Shown here in pieces: positions 49,446-61,614 of a DNA stretch of 64,000 nucleotides. Position numbers and translations under genes: made by a program. The first letter of the stretch is position 1. The number at the start of each line of letters is the position of its first letter. The notes under the pieces were generated by a model. It saw only the letters and a program-made list of their open reading frames with translations, searched no databases and had not been told where the DNA came from. The stretch covers positions 1-64,000 of the IMG/VR virus record IMGVR_UViG_2684622675_000002; one strand, written 5' to 3'. The DNA comes from an uncultured virus (IMG/VR IMGVR_UViG_2684622675_000002) (taxonomy: Duplodnaviria; Heunggongvirae; Uroviricota; Caudoviricetes).

Positions 49446-49876
49446 CTAAATTTCTACCCACTCATTTTTACGTGAATCAAGGTATACATTCGTCATTTTC
49501 ATCGACTTGTGGCCGAGTAATTTCTGAGCAAATTCCTTGCTGTATTCTGCTTCATAAAGCCGTGATGCCAGGCTGCGGATCTCGTGAAAGCTGGGAGGAG
49601 ATATTTCATAAACTAGATCGGTAGCCTTCAATGCTTTAACAAATGCTTTAGTGAGTGAGTCGGCATTTAATGCGCCGGGTTCGCGACCAGATTTTTTACT
49701 GGCAGAACTAATGAGATATTCACTCTTACTATTATTTAGACACTGCTCAATAACCTCACCAACAGTGGTATTCATTATTTCCAGTCGTAGTGAGAGTGAG
49801 ATAGCAATTTGATTACCGGTCTTACCCTGTATTACCCACAGTTTTCCATCATGCACATCACCTCTTTTTAATTGTC
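49446..49876 (-). pseudogene. Truncated integrase (C-terminal fragment)
   Basis: FHEIRSL/LLGH/Y motifs; N-terminal part replaced by unrelated sequence. Confidence 0.85.
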
Positions 49877-50427
49877 GGCTACCAACAGGAGTTCGGTAAG
49901 GCCAAACAGCAAGCTGCTACTGAATTGGCTGCGGGTGGTGTTGATCCAAGTAGCGGTAAATTTCAGGGAACACTACAAACATTGCAAAGTGACCAGGTGG
50001 CCGGGCAAATAGACACGACCAATCGGGCGCAAACCTCACAACAGGATAAATATGTCGCCGGGTTACAGGATGTGGTGGCAATGGGGGCCGGTCAGAAAGC
50101 TGATGCGTTGTCAGGCTATAGCAACATTGCCAGTCAGAGCTTAAACAAGGCNTAGTAAACCGTTTTGGTTAATTTTTCACTTTAAATAGTGAAACTCCTG
50201 AACAAGTAGTTCATTCCATGAAACTTGCTTATAAGCTAGTTAGCTATGGTTAAATTGGTGATCGGGTATCATATATTTGGCTTACGAAGTTTTTACGAAT
50301 GGTTCCGAATTAATTGATAACTATATGAATCTAAAAGATGTAATGAAAAGTAAACTAAGGTGTTTTACTGAGGGTTTAATAGATAACAAATTGATTTGAA
50401 AGGGAATTATTGATTTTAATCTGAAAG

Positions 50428-50453
50428 AGGAATCGTATTCGGTCTTTTTTTAA
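50428..50453 (+). repeat. att core copy
   Basis: Identical 26-mer inside a block that duplicates 49072 onward. Confidence 0.85.
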
Positions 50454-50526
50454 TGCTTTGATTTATATGGTTTTTTCTCTCTTCGTCCGAAAATGTCCGA
50501 AATCTCCCCGAAATCCTATATCCGGC

Positions 50527-51512
50527 CTAAATTTCTACCCACTCATTTTTACGTGAATCAAGGTACACATTAGTCATTTTCATCGACTTGTGGCCGAGTA
50601 ATTTCTGAGCAAATTCTTTACTGTATTCTGCCTCATAGAGCCGTGAGGCCAGGCTGCGAATTTCATGAAAGCTGGGAGGGGATATTTCATAAACTAGATC
50701 GGTAGCCTTCAATGCTTTAACAAATGCTTTAGTGAGTTAGTCGGCATTTAATGCGCGGGGTTCGCGACCAGACTTTTTACTGGCAGAGCTAATAAGATAT
50801 TCACTCTTACTATTATTCAGACACTGCTCAATAACCTCACCAACAGTGGTATTCATTATTTCCAGTCGTAGTGAGAGTGAGATAGCAATTTGATTACCGG
50901 TCTTACCCTGTATTACCCACAGTTTTCCATCATGCACATCACCTCTTTTTAATTGTCGGATATCATCCCGGCGCTGCCCGGTCATTAATGCCAGAGCCAT
51001 GCTGAGTGATACCCACTTGGGTTGCTGCAATGCTGCTAAATGAATCTTACGAAAAGCATCATAGTCGAGCCGTTCCCGCTTAACTTTCGGTGATGGGGTA
51101 CGCGTAGCTTCCACAGGGTTACTGCTAATTAGGCCATCAGCGATGGCCTCTCTAAATACATCGGATAAGACAGACCGTAAATTAACCGCCATTGAACTCT
51201 TACCCTCATCGACATAGGCATTAATAAAATCCGCAATATGCTTTGTGGTAATGGCATCAATCTGCATTTTGCCAAATTTCTGATTGATGTAACCAATCTG
51301 AAGGATCCGCATTTTCATTGTATTTTCAGCTAACCCCCGGCGGTTTAATAACTGGGTATATTGCTTTAGCCAGGTAGCAACCGAATTCACCGCGGGATCT
51401 ATAGGGGTAGGTACTGGAGCTCGAAGCCGCTCCAGCAAAGCGACAGGCTGAAAATTTGATTCAATATAATTATTAGCTTCGATGGCTTGAGCAATAGCAT
51501 CCCTGCGGGTAA
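50527..51512 (-). pseudogene. Frameshifted, 5'-truncated integrase
   Basis: ORFs 50737-51438 and 50527-50712 are consecutive Int segments; frameshift near 50755. Confidence 0.85.
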
Positions 51513-51541
51513 TTGGTGGTTTGCTGTTGTAGGTTTNAAAG

Positions 51542-51567
51542 AGGAATCGTATTCGGTCTTTTTTTAA
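51542..51567 (+). repeat. att core copy
   Basis: Identical 26-mer just after the N at 51537. Confidence 0.85.
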
Positions 51568-51639
51568 TGCTTTGATTTATATGGTTTTATTTTTAAGATC
51601 CCGAAATTCCCCGAAATTCCCCGAAATCCTATATCCGGC

Positions 51640-52070
51640 CTAAATTTCTACCCACTCATTTTTACGTGAATCAAGGTATACATTCGTCATTTTCATCGAC
51701 TTGTGGCCGAGTAATTTCTGAGCAAATTCCTTGCTGTATTCTGCTTCATAAAGCCGTGATGCCAGGCTGCGGATCTCGTGAAAGCTGGGAGGAGATATTT
51801 CATAAACTAGATCGGTAGCCTTCAATGCTTTAACAAATGCTTTAGTGAGTGAGTCGGCATTTAATGCGCCGGGTTCGCGACCAGATTTTTTACTGGCAGA
51901 ACTAATGAGATATTCACTCTTACTATTATTTAGACACTGCTCAATAACCTCACCAACAGTGGTATTCATTATTTCCAGTCGTAGTGAGAGTGAGATAGCA
52001 ATTTGATTACCGGTCTTACCCTGTATTACCCACAGTTTTCCATCATGCACATCACCTCTTTTTAATTGTC
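51640..52070 (-). pseudogene. Truncated integrase, same sequence as 49446-49876
   Basis: Identical 136-aa translation. Confidence 0.85.
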
Positions 52071-52493
52071 GGCTACCAACAGGAGTTCGGTAAGGCCAAA
52101 CAGCAAGCTGCTACTGAATTGGCTGCGGGTGGTGTTGATCCAAGTAGCGGTAAATTTCAGGGAACACTACAAACATTGCAAAGTGACCAGGTGGCCGGGC
52201 AAATAGACACGACCAATCGGGCGCAAACCTCACAACAGGATAAATATGTCGCCGGGTTACAGGATGTGGTGGCAATGGGGGCCGGTCAGAAAGCTGATGC
52301 GTTGTCAGGCTATAGCAACATTGCCAGTCAGAGCTTAAACAAGGCCACGAGTGACGCGCAAAAATCACTGAGTGACCGTCAGGCTGTTGGGCAATTGGTG
52401 GGGGCTGCGGGTGGATTGGCTGCCCGCAGTTATGGGTTGAAAGACGCAACGGCATCCGGTAGTCGGTCAACCGGTGTATTTGACGGCAACTAA
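52071..52493 (+). pseudogene. 5'-truncated internal virion protein
   Basis: GVDPSSG motif, Gly/Ala/Gln-rich; begins at the fusion point with the int fragment. Confidence 0.6.
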
Positions 52494-52508
52494 TGACAGG
52501 AGATAGCG

Positions 52509-52892
52509 ATGGGACAAGCATCTGATACCTATGCCAACCTAATCCGTGACCAGTATAACGACTGGCTTACGCGCTTCTATCCGAAGCAAAAAGAGCTAAT
52601 GGGGCTGGCTACCAGCGGTGAGTTGATGAACCAGCAATTAACCCGCGTCAGTGACAGCTCTGCCAACAGTTTGCGTTCTGCTCAGTTGGGTACACAAAAC
52701 CAGTTAGCACGTTACGGTACAACTCAGACGGCAAACCCGAACGATAACAGTTTAGGTCTGCGCTCAGCACTGGCCACTGCGGGTGCAAAAAATGGGATCC
52801 GTGAAGCAGAGCAGGACCGACAAATGAATATTTTAACTGGTGGCAGTGCAAGTCTGCGTGAACAGATGAGTATTGGCGGGGGGAGTAACTAA
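52509..52892 (+). CDS. Putative internal virion/ejection protein
   Basis: RBS AGGAG; coupled gene cluster. Confidence 0.6.
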   Translation: MGQASDTYANLIRDQYNDWLTRFYPKQKELMGLATSGELMNQQLTRVSDSSANSLRSAQLGTQNQLARYGTTQTANPNDNSLGLRSALATAGAKNGIREAEQDRQMNILTGGSASLREQMSIGGGSN

Positions 52893-53152
52893 TGGGCTAT
52901 GGATTAATTGATGCTGCGCGGGATACCCGGCAGCAGGCTATGCAAGGGCTTAGCGATGCTTCTAACCGTGAGATACAGCGTGAGTCTGCAAATGAACAAC
53001 TCAAATCCCAGCAAAAACAGAGCCAAATGAGCATGATTGGCGTCGGGGCCGGTACTGGGATGGCGGTTGGTGCAACTTATGGCGCCGCGGGTGGGCCGAT
53101 TGGCGCAGGCATTGGTGCGGCGGTAGGGTTACTAGCAAGTAGTTTCTTTTAA
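52892..53152 (+). CDS. Gly-zipper membrane-interacting virion protein
   Basis: GAAGGPIGAGIGAAVG C-terminus. Confidence 0.65.
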   Translation: MGYGLIDAARDTRQQAMQGLSDASNREIQRESANEQLKSQQKQSQMSMIGVGAGTGMAVGATYGAAGGPIGAGIGAAVGLLASSFF

Positions 53153-53164
53153 AGGATAATTATC

Positions 53165-54556
53165 ATGGGCGTACAAGGTTTAGCGGACGGCTTTCTGGCG
53201 GGTTTCAACACGGCAGATCAGGCGATCAGTCGCAACCGCGAACTCGGACTGCGAGATGCTGCTCAGCAGCAACAGATTAAAGACTCTGACCGTAACTATG
53301 GTCTGGCGAAAGAACAGATTGATTGGCGTAAAGAGACTGACAACCGTGACCACCAATACAAGTCGCAACGCGATAGCGTAGGTGATGAACAGTGGAATAA
53401 GAACTATGGTTTGGCGCAGGCCAACCAACGTACAGCAAATGCCAGCTTAGGCATGCGGGCGCAGGAACTCAACATGAGGAACAGTGAATTTAACTTCCAA
53501 CGTTCTCAGGCTGAACGCCAGCAGCGTATGCAAGAAGAAATGCCAGTTGTCCAAGCGCTCTACAAACAGATTGAAACCACTGGGCAGGTTGATCCTCAAT
53601 TGTATGGACAAATTTCAAAGGATAATCCGCTACATCCGTCCCGCTTCTTTGGTCAGGGAGCAATTGATAACGTCATAGAAATTAACCAGATTATGCCGAA
53701 GGTGCTTTCGGGGGAAATAAACTACAACGATCCGAAAGTATTAAAAACAATGAATACTGTGCTGGCCCCTTATATTGAGCGCAATATTGATGAAGTCGAT
53801 CCGGAGTCAGGGAAGAAAATTAAGAGCAAAGAGCTGGCCCATATTGGTATCAGTGAAGATGGCAAGTTTGTTATTCCCGGACTGAAAGTTACCTACAGCG
53901 ATGGCTCCACCGCGAACAAACCAATGACTCAATTCGGCTCAGCGGATGTGAATGATAACCAGGTGGCAAAAATCCCTATTGATGAGTTTATGAATAAGGT
54001 AAGGGGTTACAGCCAGATGGTAGGGCAACTTAACCAGCCAGATCGGGCCAAGTTTGTTGGCAATATGGTTAACCCGCCAGATAAAGCCGCCATGCGTCAG
54101 GAAAGTGAGGGCTATCGCAAAGAGCTGCTGGATATCAGCAAGGATGAAGGTAAGCAGCTGGCCGCGTTAAATAAAGATGGCGCGATGATGGATGAGAAGC
54201 AACTGGCCACCGCAAAACAGGAAATTAAGAGCAACTCTGAGCAACGCCGTCAGCAAGCTTCTGAACTCTATGGTGTTGGTGGGAGCCGTGGTTCTCAGAA
54301 TCAATCCGGCATTGACCCAGCTGAATTGGAAGCATTTGCGGGGGAGTACCAAAAAGAATTTGGTGAAGCCCCTGATCTGAACAACCCACAGGATCAGCAG
54401 GTCTTTATGGCATGGAAACAACTGCGACAGCAGACACCGCAAGGGAAAGATCAGCCCCAGAGTACACCGCCCAGCATAGTTCAAAATGCTCCAACAGATA
54501 ATAGCAATACTGCTCAGCAGTTGAGGGAAATGCAGCGATTATCAGCTAAGAGATAA
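53165..54556 (+). CDS. Putative DNA ejection protein
   Basis: Gln-rich helical protein upstream of the giant internal protein. Confidence 0.6.
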   Translation: MGVQGLADGFLAGFNTADQAISRNRELGLRDAAQQQQIKDSDRNYGLAKEQIDWRKETDNRDHQYKSQRDSVGDEQWNKNYGLAQANQRTANASLGMRAQELNMRNSEFNFQRSQAERQQRMQEEMPVVQALYKQIETTGQVDPQLYGQISKDNPLHPSRFFGQGAIDNVIEINQIMPKVLSGEINYNDPKVLKTMNTVLAPYIERNIDEVDPESGKKIKSKELAHIGISEDGKFVIPGLKVTYSDGSTANKPMTQFGSADVNDNQVAKIPIDEFMNKVRGYSQMVGQLNQPDRAKFVGNMVNPPDKAAMRQESEGYRKELLDISKDEGKQLAALNKDGAMMDEKQLATAKQEIKSNSEQRRQQASELYGVGGSRGSQNQSGIDPAELEAFAGEYQKEFGEAPDLNNPQDQQVFMAWKQLRQQTPQGKDQPQSTPPSIVQNAPTDNSNTAQQLREMQRLSAKR

Positions 54557-54615
54557 TTAATAGTTTAAGCCCCGTTAGCTAATTATTGCTGAACTAGCAC
54601 CTACAGGGCAATGTT

Positions 54616-55446
54616 TTAACCTGAACGAACACTCTTTAAGATTAAATTATTGCGTGATAATAAATTCTTCTGTGACATAATCATGCGTGATATATCTAAT
54701 GTTATTTTCTTAAAGCTCTGAGTGTCACTGACATCATTGTATTTGTTGGCTAGTGTAATTATATCTTCGCAAGCTTTTAGTATTAATTTGTGATGGTCAT
54801 ATTCTTGAGATACTTCATCTTTTTTAACACTTAGACTATGTTCAAGTCTTATTAACTCTTCTTTTTTCTCTTTTATTTCATTATCCAATTGGATGATGGA
54901 ATCACTCATGACCTGATGTTTTTCTTTTAATGTACTTATGTCCATTTCACTCTTGGCTTCAATTGCATCAAGATCCGCTTGGTTTTTCTTATTGATGAGT
55001 TCAATTTCCGCTTTATGTTCTGTTTGCACTAATTCTTTTTTGTGTTGAATTCTTGTGTTTTCTTCTAAAGTGGCGTTTTCTGATTTTGCTTTTATTTCAG
55101 CCAAATCAATGAGGTCCTCATATTCCCTTAGTTTGTTGAATTTTTCACGTTCCCTTTTTAGCTCTATCGCTTTAGGATGTTTTCTGTCGATCCATCCCTG
55201 AGCGTATGGATAAATTATAGCTAGTGAAACTCCTATTAAAACCGGAAGTAATAAATAACAAAAGTAATTCAATAAGGTAGAATTACTTATTATTTTTATT
55301 CTTTCCTCAATTGTTCTTTCACTGAATAAGACAAAGAGAATATTTGACCAGTTGGCCGCAAACCAACTTAGAAGTATGAATCCAAACAAAGGACTATCAA
55401 GCCTTTTTGATATGGAATTTTTTACCGAGTTGGTTATTTCTTCCAT
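54616..55446 (-). CDS. Membrane protein with coiled-coil tail (moron)
   Basis: N-terminal TM segments (SP..G...SW...NW), long coiled coil, low GC. Confidence 0.65.
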   Translation of the reverse strand: MEEITNSVKNSISKRLDSPLFGFILLSWFAANWSNILFVLFSERTIEERIKIISNSTLLNYFCYLLLPVLIGVSLAIIYPYAQGWIDRKHPKAIELKREREKFNKLREYEDLIDLAEIKAKSENATLEENTRIQHKKELVQTEHKAEIELINKKNQADLDAIEAKSEMDISTLKEKHQVMSDSIIQLDNEIKEKKEELIRLEHSLSVKKDEVSQEYDHHKLILKACEDIITLANKYNDVSDTQSFKKITLDISRMIMSQKNLLSRNNLILKSVRSG

Positions 55447-55534
55447 TTTTATCCTGTCTTTTTTATAAAAGTATTGCGTCTGCTGTTTTATTTGCGTGTA
55501 ATTTCAATGTTAAGGTTAATTTTATGTCCCAACT

Positions 55535-56035
55535 CTACAAATTCATTTTTCCATAAACACCTTCAACCTGGCAGGAATCACCATCATCAAATGTCAGTGT
55601 ACCGCTTGAGCCGAAGGTAATCTTGAGAATGGCGTTGTCTGCCAGCGCTAAATTCAAGCACATAGAGGTTATAATAAAATTGTCTGTACCAAAAATATTG
55701 TACAATTTATCATCTTCTCGACTCACTTGTACTTCATATGTTCCCGTGTTCAAATTAACCGGCTCTAGGATTCTCTGAACATCGCACGAGTCCTTGCTAT
55801 CTATAAATATTAACTTGTCGCTGTACCCTTCAGTACGAAGGTAAGCATCTTCTGAATAAGCATAGGTGTAGCAGTACCTGGTGTGAATCAGTGTATTTTT
55901 ACCATCGATTACATAAAGATTGCTGTCTTTTCGGGTTACTGATACTTCGTATGTTGCTGCTGTGGTAGAGAAAGATATAGAGATCAGATAGATGAGAACA
56001 TACAACGTACGCATTTTTAGCATTTCCTTTACCAA
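55535..56035 (-). CDS. Exported protein with internal duplication (moron)
   Basis: Signal peptide; two TYEV.V.R.D..LY...C...C repeats. Confidence 0.65.
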   Translation of the reverse strand: MVKEMLKMRTLYVLIYLISISFSTTAATYEVSVTRKDSNLYVIDGKNTLIHTRYCYTYAYSEDAYLRTEGYSDKLIFIDSKDSCDVQRILEPVNLNTGTYEVQVSREDDKLYNIFGTDNFIITSMCLNLALADNAILKITFGSSGTLTFDDGDSCQVEGVYGKMNL

Positions 56036-56201
56036 AAGTAGTAATTAAGTTGTTAATTATTATTATCAATTCAACGTAAAAGTCATGAACGACAGAATTA
56101 TAGACCTTGTTGGGAATCTGTAACGTGCTAAATTACAGAAAGATGCCAAGCCTCACTTTTTAGTGGGGCTTTTTTTATGCCTAAAATTTGGAGTCTATTA
56201 G

Positions 56202-59200
56202 ATGACTTACGATCCGCAACAGCAACGTCCAGAAGAACAAACAACTAACAACAATCGTGAAACACTCAATATCCAGCAGCCCGGTGAAAATGCGAATACG
56301 GGGTTCGACTGGGGTGCCGTCAGGGAAGCGCGTGAGGCTGCTGGACGGCAGTCAAAAACTCCACAGGCCAATGATCCAAGCGTAGGTTTAAAAGATGTAC
56401 TCCTTTCTGTGGCCGCAGCTCCAACTGATATTATCAGCGGCAATGCTCAACTGTTTAAGGCTGGCAATCAGCTTTTGGATGATAAAGCATCAGAATATCG
56501 AAGTGGTGAAAAGAAACCGCTGATAGATATTCCGGTTAGTCCTGAAATGTTGAAGGTGATGCGAGACAGTGGCGGTAACTCTTTGTCGCGCGTGGGTAAT
56601 GCTTTCATTGATGGAGTGGGTGAGCTTGCTCAAAGCGCTTCGAAAGAAATCAAAAGCCATTTTAGTGAGGGGGCCAAAGAGGCCGCTGCAATGGACTTTA
56701 TCAATTTTGAGCGAGATAAAAATAAGAATGTGACTGGGATTAAAGTAGGGGCTGGCCTATTTGATAAAGATGCGTGGATGATTAATGCTATACCATCAAT
56801 ATCGCAGATGTTTTTAACGGCAAGTGGTGCAAAGCTAGGGGCTAACGCTGTAGAGAGGATGGTTGAAAAGGGAACTTACAACCGTTTAATTAAGGTACTT
56901 CCTGAAGATGCGGCAAGGGCCGCAGCAAAAGAAACTGCTCAGATAGCAAAAAGAAGAGCTCAAGTAACTGGCTTTGTTGGGGTTTCAGCGGGTACCGCTC
57001 AAGGGCAAGGCGGCATTGATATGCGCGAAGAGACTAACTCCATCCCCTTTGATCAATTATTCGAAAGCACAACATTCCAAAAAGCGTTTGCTGATATTGA
57101 TAGCGATCCCTCTAATTCCTCATTAACTGACACACAAAAATTAACCTTGGCTCGAAGCCAGGTTGCAGAACAAGCTGCTAATAGTGTTACTGCCGATCCT
57201 CGGATGCTGGCTATTAATATTGCCGCTTCTACATTGGGGGATCATACCTTAGCAAAATTGCTTACTAAAAAGATGGCAACTAAAAGTGTTATTTCTAGTG
57301 CGGCGACGGGAACCTTCGCGGAAGGCAGTACTGAGTTTGCTCAAGGTGCCTCCCAGCGTTATGTCCAGAATCAGCAATTAATTAACACCGCAGGCCAAAA
57401 AATTGACCCGATGAAAGATGTTTTTGAAACAGGGGCGAACAATGCAATTGTAGGGGGTGGCATTGGTATGGGGGCCGGTACTGTCGGTGGCATTCGAGGC
57501 CGTAAATCAGCAGCAGAAACCACACCCGAAACTCCAGTTGATGCTGAGGGTTCGCCAGTATCTGAAAATATTGATCCAGCTATTCAGCCAGAAATGACAC
57601 CACAGGCAGAAAATCCGGCCTCTCCAGATGTGGCTGCACAGCAGAATTCAGTGAGTGAAAACGGTGTACCAAATTCCCAGATTGATGATTTCCGTGATAC
57701 CCCGGCTTACTTGCGCCAAGATCCTCGCGTGCAAGGCTTTGCTGATGATAGCGATGTTCAGCGTTCATTGGCCGAGCCAGAGGCACAGCCGACCACACAA
57801 GAGCTTATTCAACAGCAAATGGAGTCAGGGGATCAAGGTTTTACGCCTGATGAGTTAGCAATACTTGAGCAGGCTGACCAGATTCGGGCACAGAGAACGC
57901 CACGCCTACCAGCGCCCGGTAATATTCATCCAGGCGAAGGTTTCCCCATGCCGGGGCCAATTCAAGGGGATGAAACCCAAGCGGGTACCGCACCACAATT
58001 TACTGCTGGTGAGCAAGTCCGTGGCCCAATGTATTTGCCGAGAGAGCAGGCTGAGCAACAAGGTGCGGTGCGCGAAACCCATACCTACGATGGACAAACG
58101 GATCCGCAGGCTATTACCGATAAAAACATCATCTTTGCTGATGGACCGGTAGTTAATCCTGATGATGTCCAATCGGGGCAAGCGCCACAGTTTGAGGGTG
58201 GGCAGCGTAAAGATGTACGCCGCTTTACGAAGGCTATGGGTGGGCAGCCTGAAACCGCCATTACCGATCAGCGTCAGCGTGCTGGTGGTGTCCCTATAGA
58301 TGCTCACACCGAAGCTTATGCTAAAGGGGAAGCACTAGGTGAGTTGAGATTACATGCGGGCAAACCGTTCTCCAGTGAGAAAGTAGCCAGATTCACCAAG
58401 TGGGCCAAGATACCGGGGGCGGTGATTGAACCGGTTGGTGATGGCTTTGGTGTGCGATTGCCGCCTGAACCCACAACGGCTTACACAAAAACAGCGCCCT
58501 CAAATGAGGGCGTTGTTGCATCTGGTGTGCAGCTAACCGGTGAATTAAGACTGCATCTCGGCAAACCCTTCAACAGTGAGAAAGTCGCTAAGTATTCCAA
58601 ATGGGGCAAGATGCCGGGTGCCACGATTGAACCGGTAGGAAAGGGGTACGGTGTCCGATTGCCCGTACCTGAGCCAGCGGGGCAAGCCAAAATCAGGGAC
58701 GCAAAAATTGATGATTTTGGTGAGGAACTTAAGGGGGCGGCGAAGCATAAATGGGGCCAGTTGGCAGAGTCACTGAAAGCCGATCATGATATTGAAGAAA
58801 TCAAAAAACAGCCCCTTTCTAAACTGTTCCCACATCCTGATTACAGCAAAATGCATGAGAGTGGAATTGAATCAGACAAGCTTGCTTTGCTTGCGGCATT
58901 ACGCTCGATTATCCCAACCAAACCCAGCTCTCCATATAAAGTAAACCAATGGGCAGAACAAGTGAAAGGGGTTCGATCTATCGCCAATAGCCTTATGGGG
59001 GGCAATATCAGCGTTGCCGATATTAAAGCTCACTTTCAACGTAGCAAAACCACCTTAAACGCTGTAGCGGATAAGGTCGATTTAATCTCACAATTTAAAC
59101 CAGAGCAGATGGCCGAAGCATCGAAGTACTCAATTAGATCCGGCCATTACACCTACTTTGATGGCAAGAGTTATCCCGGCGGGAAAACCCTATATGAGCT

Positions 59201-61614
59201 GATTACCCCTAGAGGGATGAAAACTGATATTTCAGCGGGTTCAATGTCTGAGCTATTAGTCAAAGCCAAGGCATTTATTGAGGCCAAGATTAATAGTGAT
59301 AAAGGGGAAGTCGCGCCTAAACAGGCTCAGTTAGCACCTAAACAGGCTAAGTTAGAGATCTATACCCGACGGGCAGATAAGAGTGTGTTTATTGGCTACA
59401 AAGGGGCCATGGGCGTTTTACCGCTTAAAGCTGGCTTCAAAACACCTACCGAAGCACGCGCTTATCTGGCAGAAAATCGCGCTGAAATAGAAGCCAAACT
59501 AGATAAATTACGCAAAATATCGCGAGAGGAACAACGCAAATTAACCAACGAACCCCGGATAGGAATCGAACGCCGTAAGGGCAATGTGACGCCTGAACAA
59601 TTTAGTGATGCATTTGGCTTTAGAGGGGTACAGTTTGGTAACTATGTCGAAGGGGCACGTCGTCAATCTGAATTGAACGATACCTATGACTCATTGATTG
59701 ATATGGCCGAATTACTGAATGTGCCACCCAAAGCACTCTCTCTCAATGGTGAATTGGGCCTGGCATTTGGCGCACGGGGTAAGGGCGGAGCCAAAGCACA
59801 CTATGAGCCGGTGCAAGTGGTTATCAATCTAACCAAAGGTAATGGCGCTGGCTCACTGGCACATGAGTGGTTCCATGCACTGGATAACTATTTTGGTACC
59901 TTTGATGTACATGGCGAGGCGTCCGGTAAGCGGTCCTCCGAATTTATTACCGATCGTAGACGTTCGCGTTATGAGTTTAGCAGTGGTAAAAGGCAAGAGA
60001 TTACTCATCCAGTCAGGCAAGAGGTATATGACGCATTTAAGAGCGCAGTCAATAAAGTCACTAGTAGCGGAATGATGGCGCGGGCTGCACTGCTGGACGG
60101 TGGCCGAAGCAAAGCCTACTGGACGACTAAACTTGAAATGTCAGCGCGAGCATTTGAACGCTATCTGCTGGATAAAGCGCAGAGTAAAGGCATCACTAAC
60201 GATTATCTGGTGAACCTGCGCAAAGCTGACGAACATGCAAACCCTGAAACTTATGCTTACCCAACGGAAGCCGAATTAAACAGCGGTGTGCGTCAGGCTT
60301 TTGATCACCTATTCCAAACCATCAAAACCAAGCCAACCGATAAAGGTATCGCTTTCTATTCGCGTAAGGGTACTGACATTGGCAAAGGCAATGTGATTTC
60401 AGATACCGGTCATACTGCCGCTACCGGTGTGCTGGAGGTGATTGAATCACTGAACAAGATGGACTTTGAGCGTATCGGCAAAGATGTGGTGAAGGTGTTT
60501 ATGGATGGGCAGGAGAAGCTAGTGCAGGTCAATGATCCAGAACTGTATCGTGCCTTTACCATGATTGACCTTGAGCGTAGTAATTCCACCTTTATGAAGG
60601 CAGCACGCACGGCTAAAAAGGTGCTGACCGTCAGCACCACATCGATGCCTGATTTTATCATTCGTAACTTTATGCGCGATTCTATCCATTCATGGGCCAT
60701 TAACAAAGATGGCTTTAAACCGGTGACTGCCTCATGGGCCGGATTCAAAAAAGCGCTGCGCACTGATGATAGCCTGGTAGATATGATGTTTGCCGGTGCC
60801 ACTTTTGGTGGAGGTTATTCGAATGTTTATGATCCGGCATCTACAGCTAAAACCATTCGTAGTGTTCTACGGCGTAAAGGTTACAACGACAGTCAGATAC
60901 AAGAATTTGAGTCCTCAATTGTTCGTAGTAGTAAAGAGGTCATGGGCAAGGTTGAGCAAGGGTTACATAAATATAAGAACCTAAGTGAAGCAGCAGAGAA
61001 CGCCAACCGGCTGGCCACGTATGAAGCCGCCATTAAATCGGGAAAAAGTAAAGCGCAGGCGGCATTTGATGACCAGACTAGCCTGTTAATGCGTGAAATA
61101 GGTGAGGCGACCAATATGTCACCGAAGATGCTGGATCACATTGTGATGGGCTACACCGGCAGCTTAGGCAGCTATGTGATGGGCGCTACCAATCTGCTGA
61201 TGCGTAACCTGAAAGATTACGGCGAAACCCCGGCCATGCGTTTGGATGAACTGCCGGTGATTAAATCCTTCTTCCGGGGTTCAGATCCGGCCAAGTCTAC
61301 CCAGTTCACCGAAGATTTTTACCGCATGATGACCGAAGCCAACCAGATAAACAGCACTATTAACAGTTTCCGTAAGCAGGGGCGATGATGCCAATGAATT
61401 GATAGAGGAAAATAGAGGGAAATTATCGCAGCGTCAGGGGCTAACAGCGACTCAGAAACAAGTGAAAGCACTGAATGCCCAGATTGAGATGATGAGGCGG
61501 GACCGGATACTCACGGCGGATCAGAAAAGAGAAAAAATTGACCGACTGATGGCAACAAGAAATAAACTGGTACAGCAGGCGGTGGAAAGGGTGAATCCGT
61601 ATTTTAATAAGTGA
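56202..61614 (+). pseudogene. Giant internal virion/polyvalent protein (LPD1 and LPD38-like domains), frameshifted near its end
   Basis: FGFRGVQFGNYV, AHYEP and SLAHEWFHALD (LPD1-like); 1728-aa ORF ends at 61388 and continues in another frame to 61614. Confidence 0.7.

Noticed and set aside
49925..50155. Separate 76-aa gene
   Set aside because: Same sequence as the start of 52119-52493 and ends at an N; contig-end duplicate
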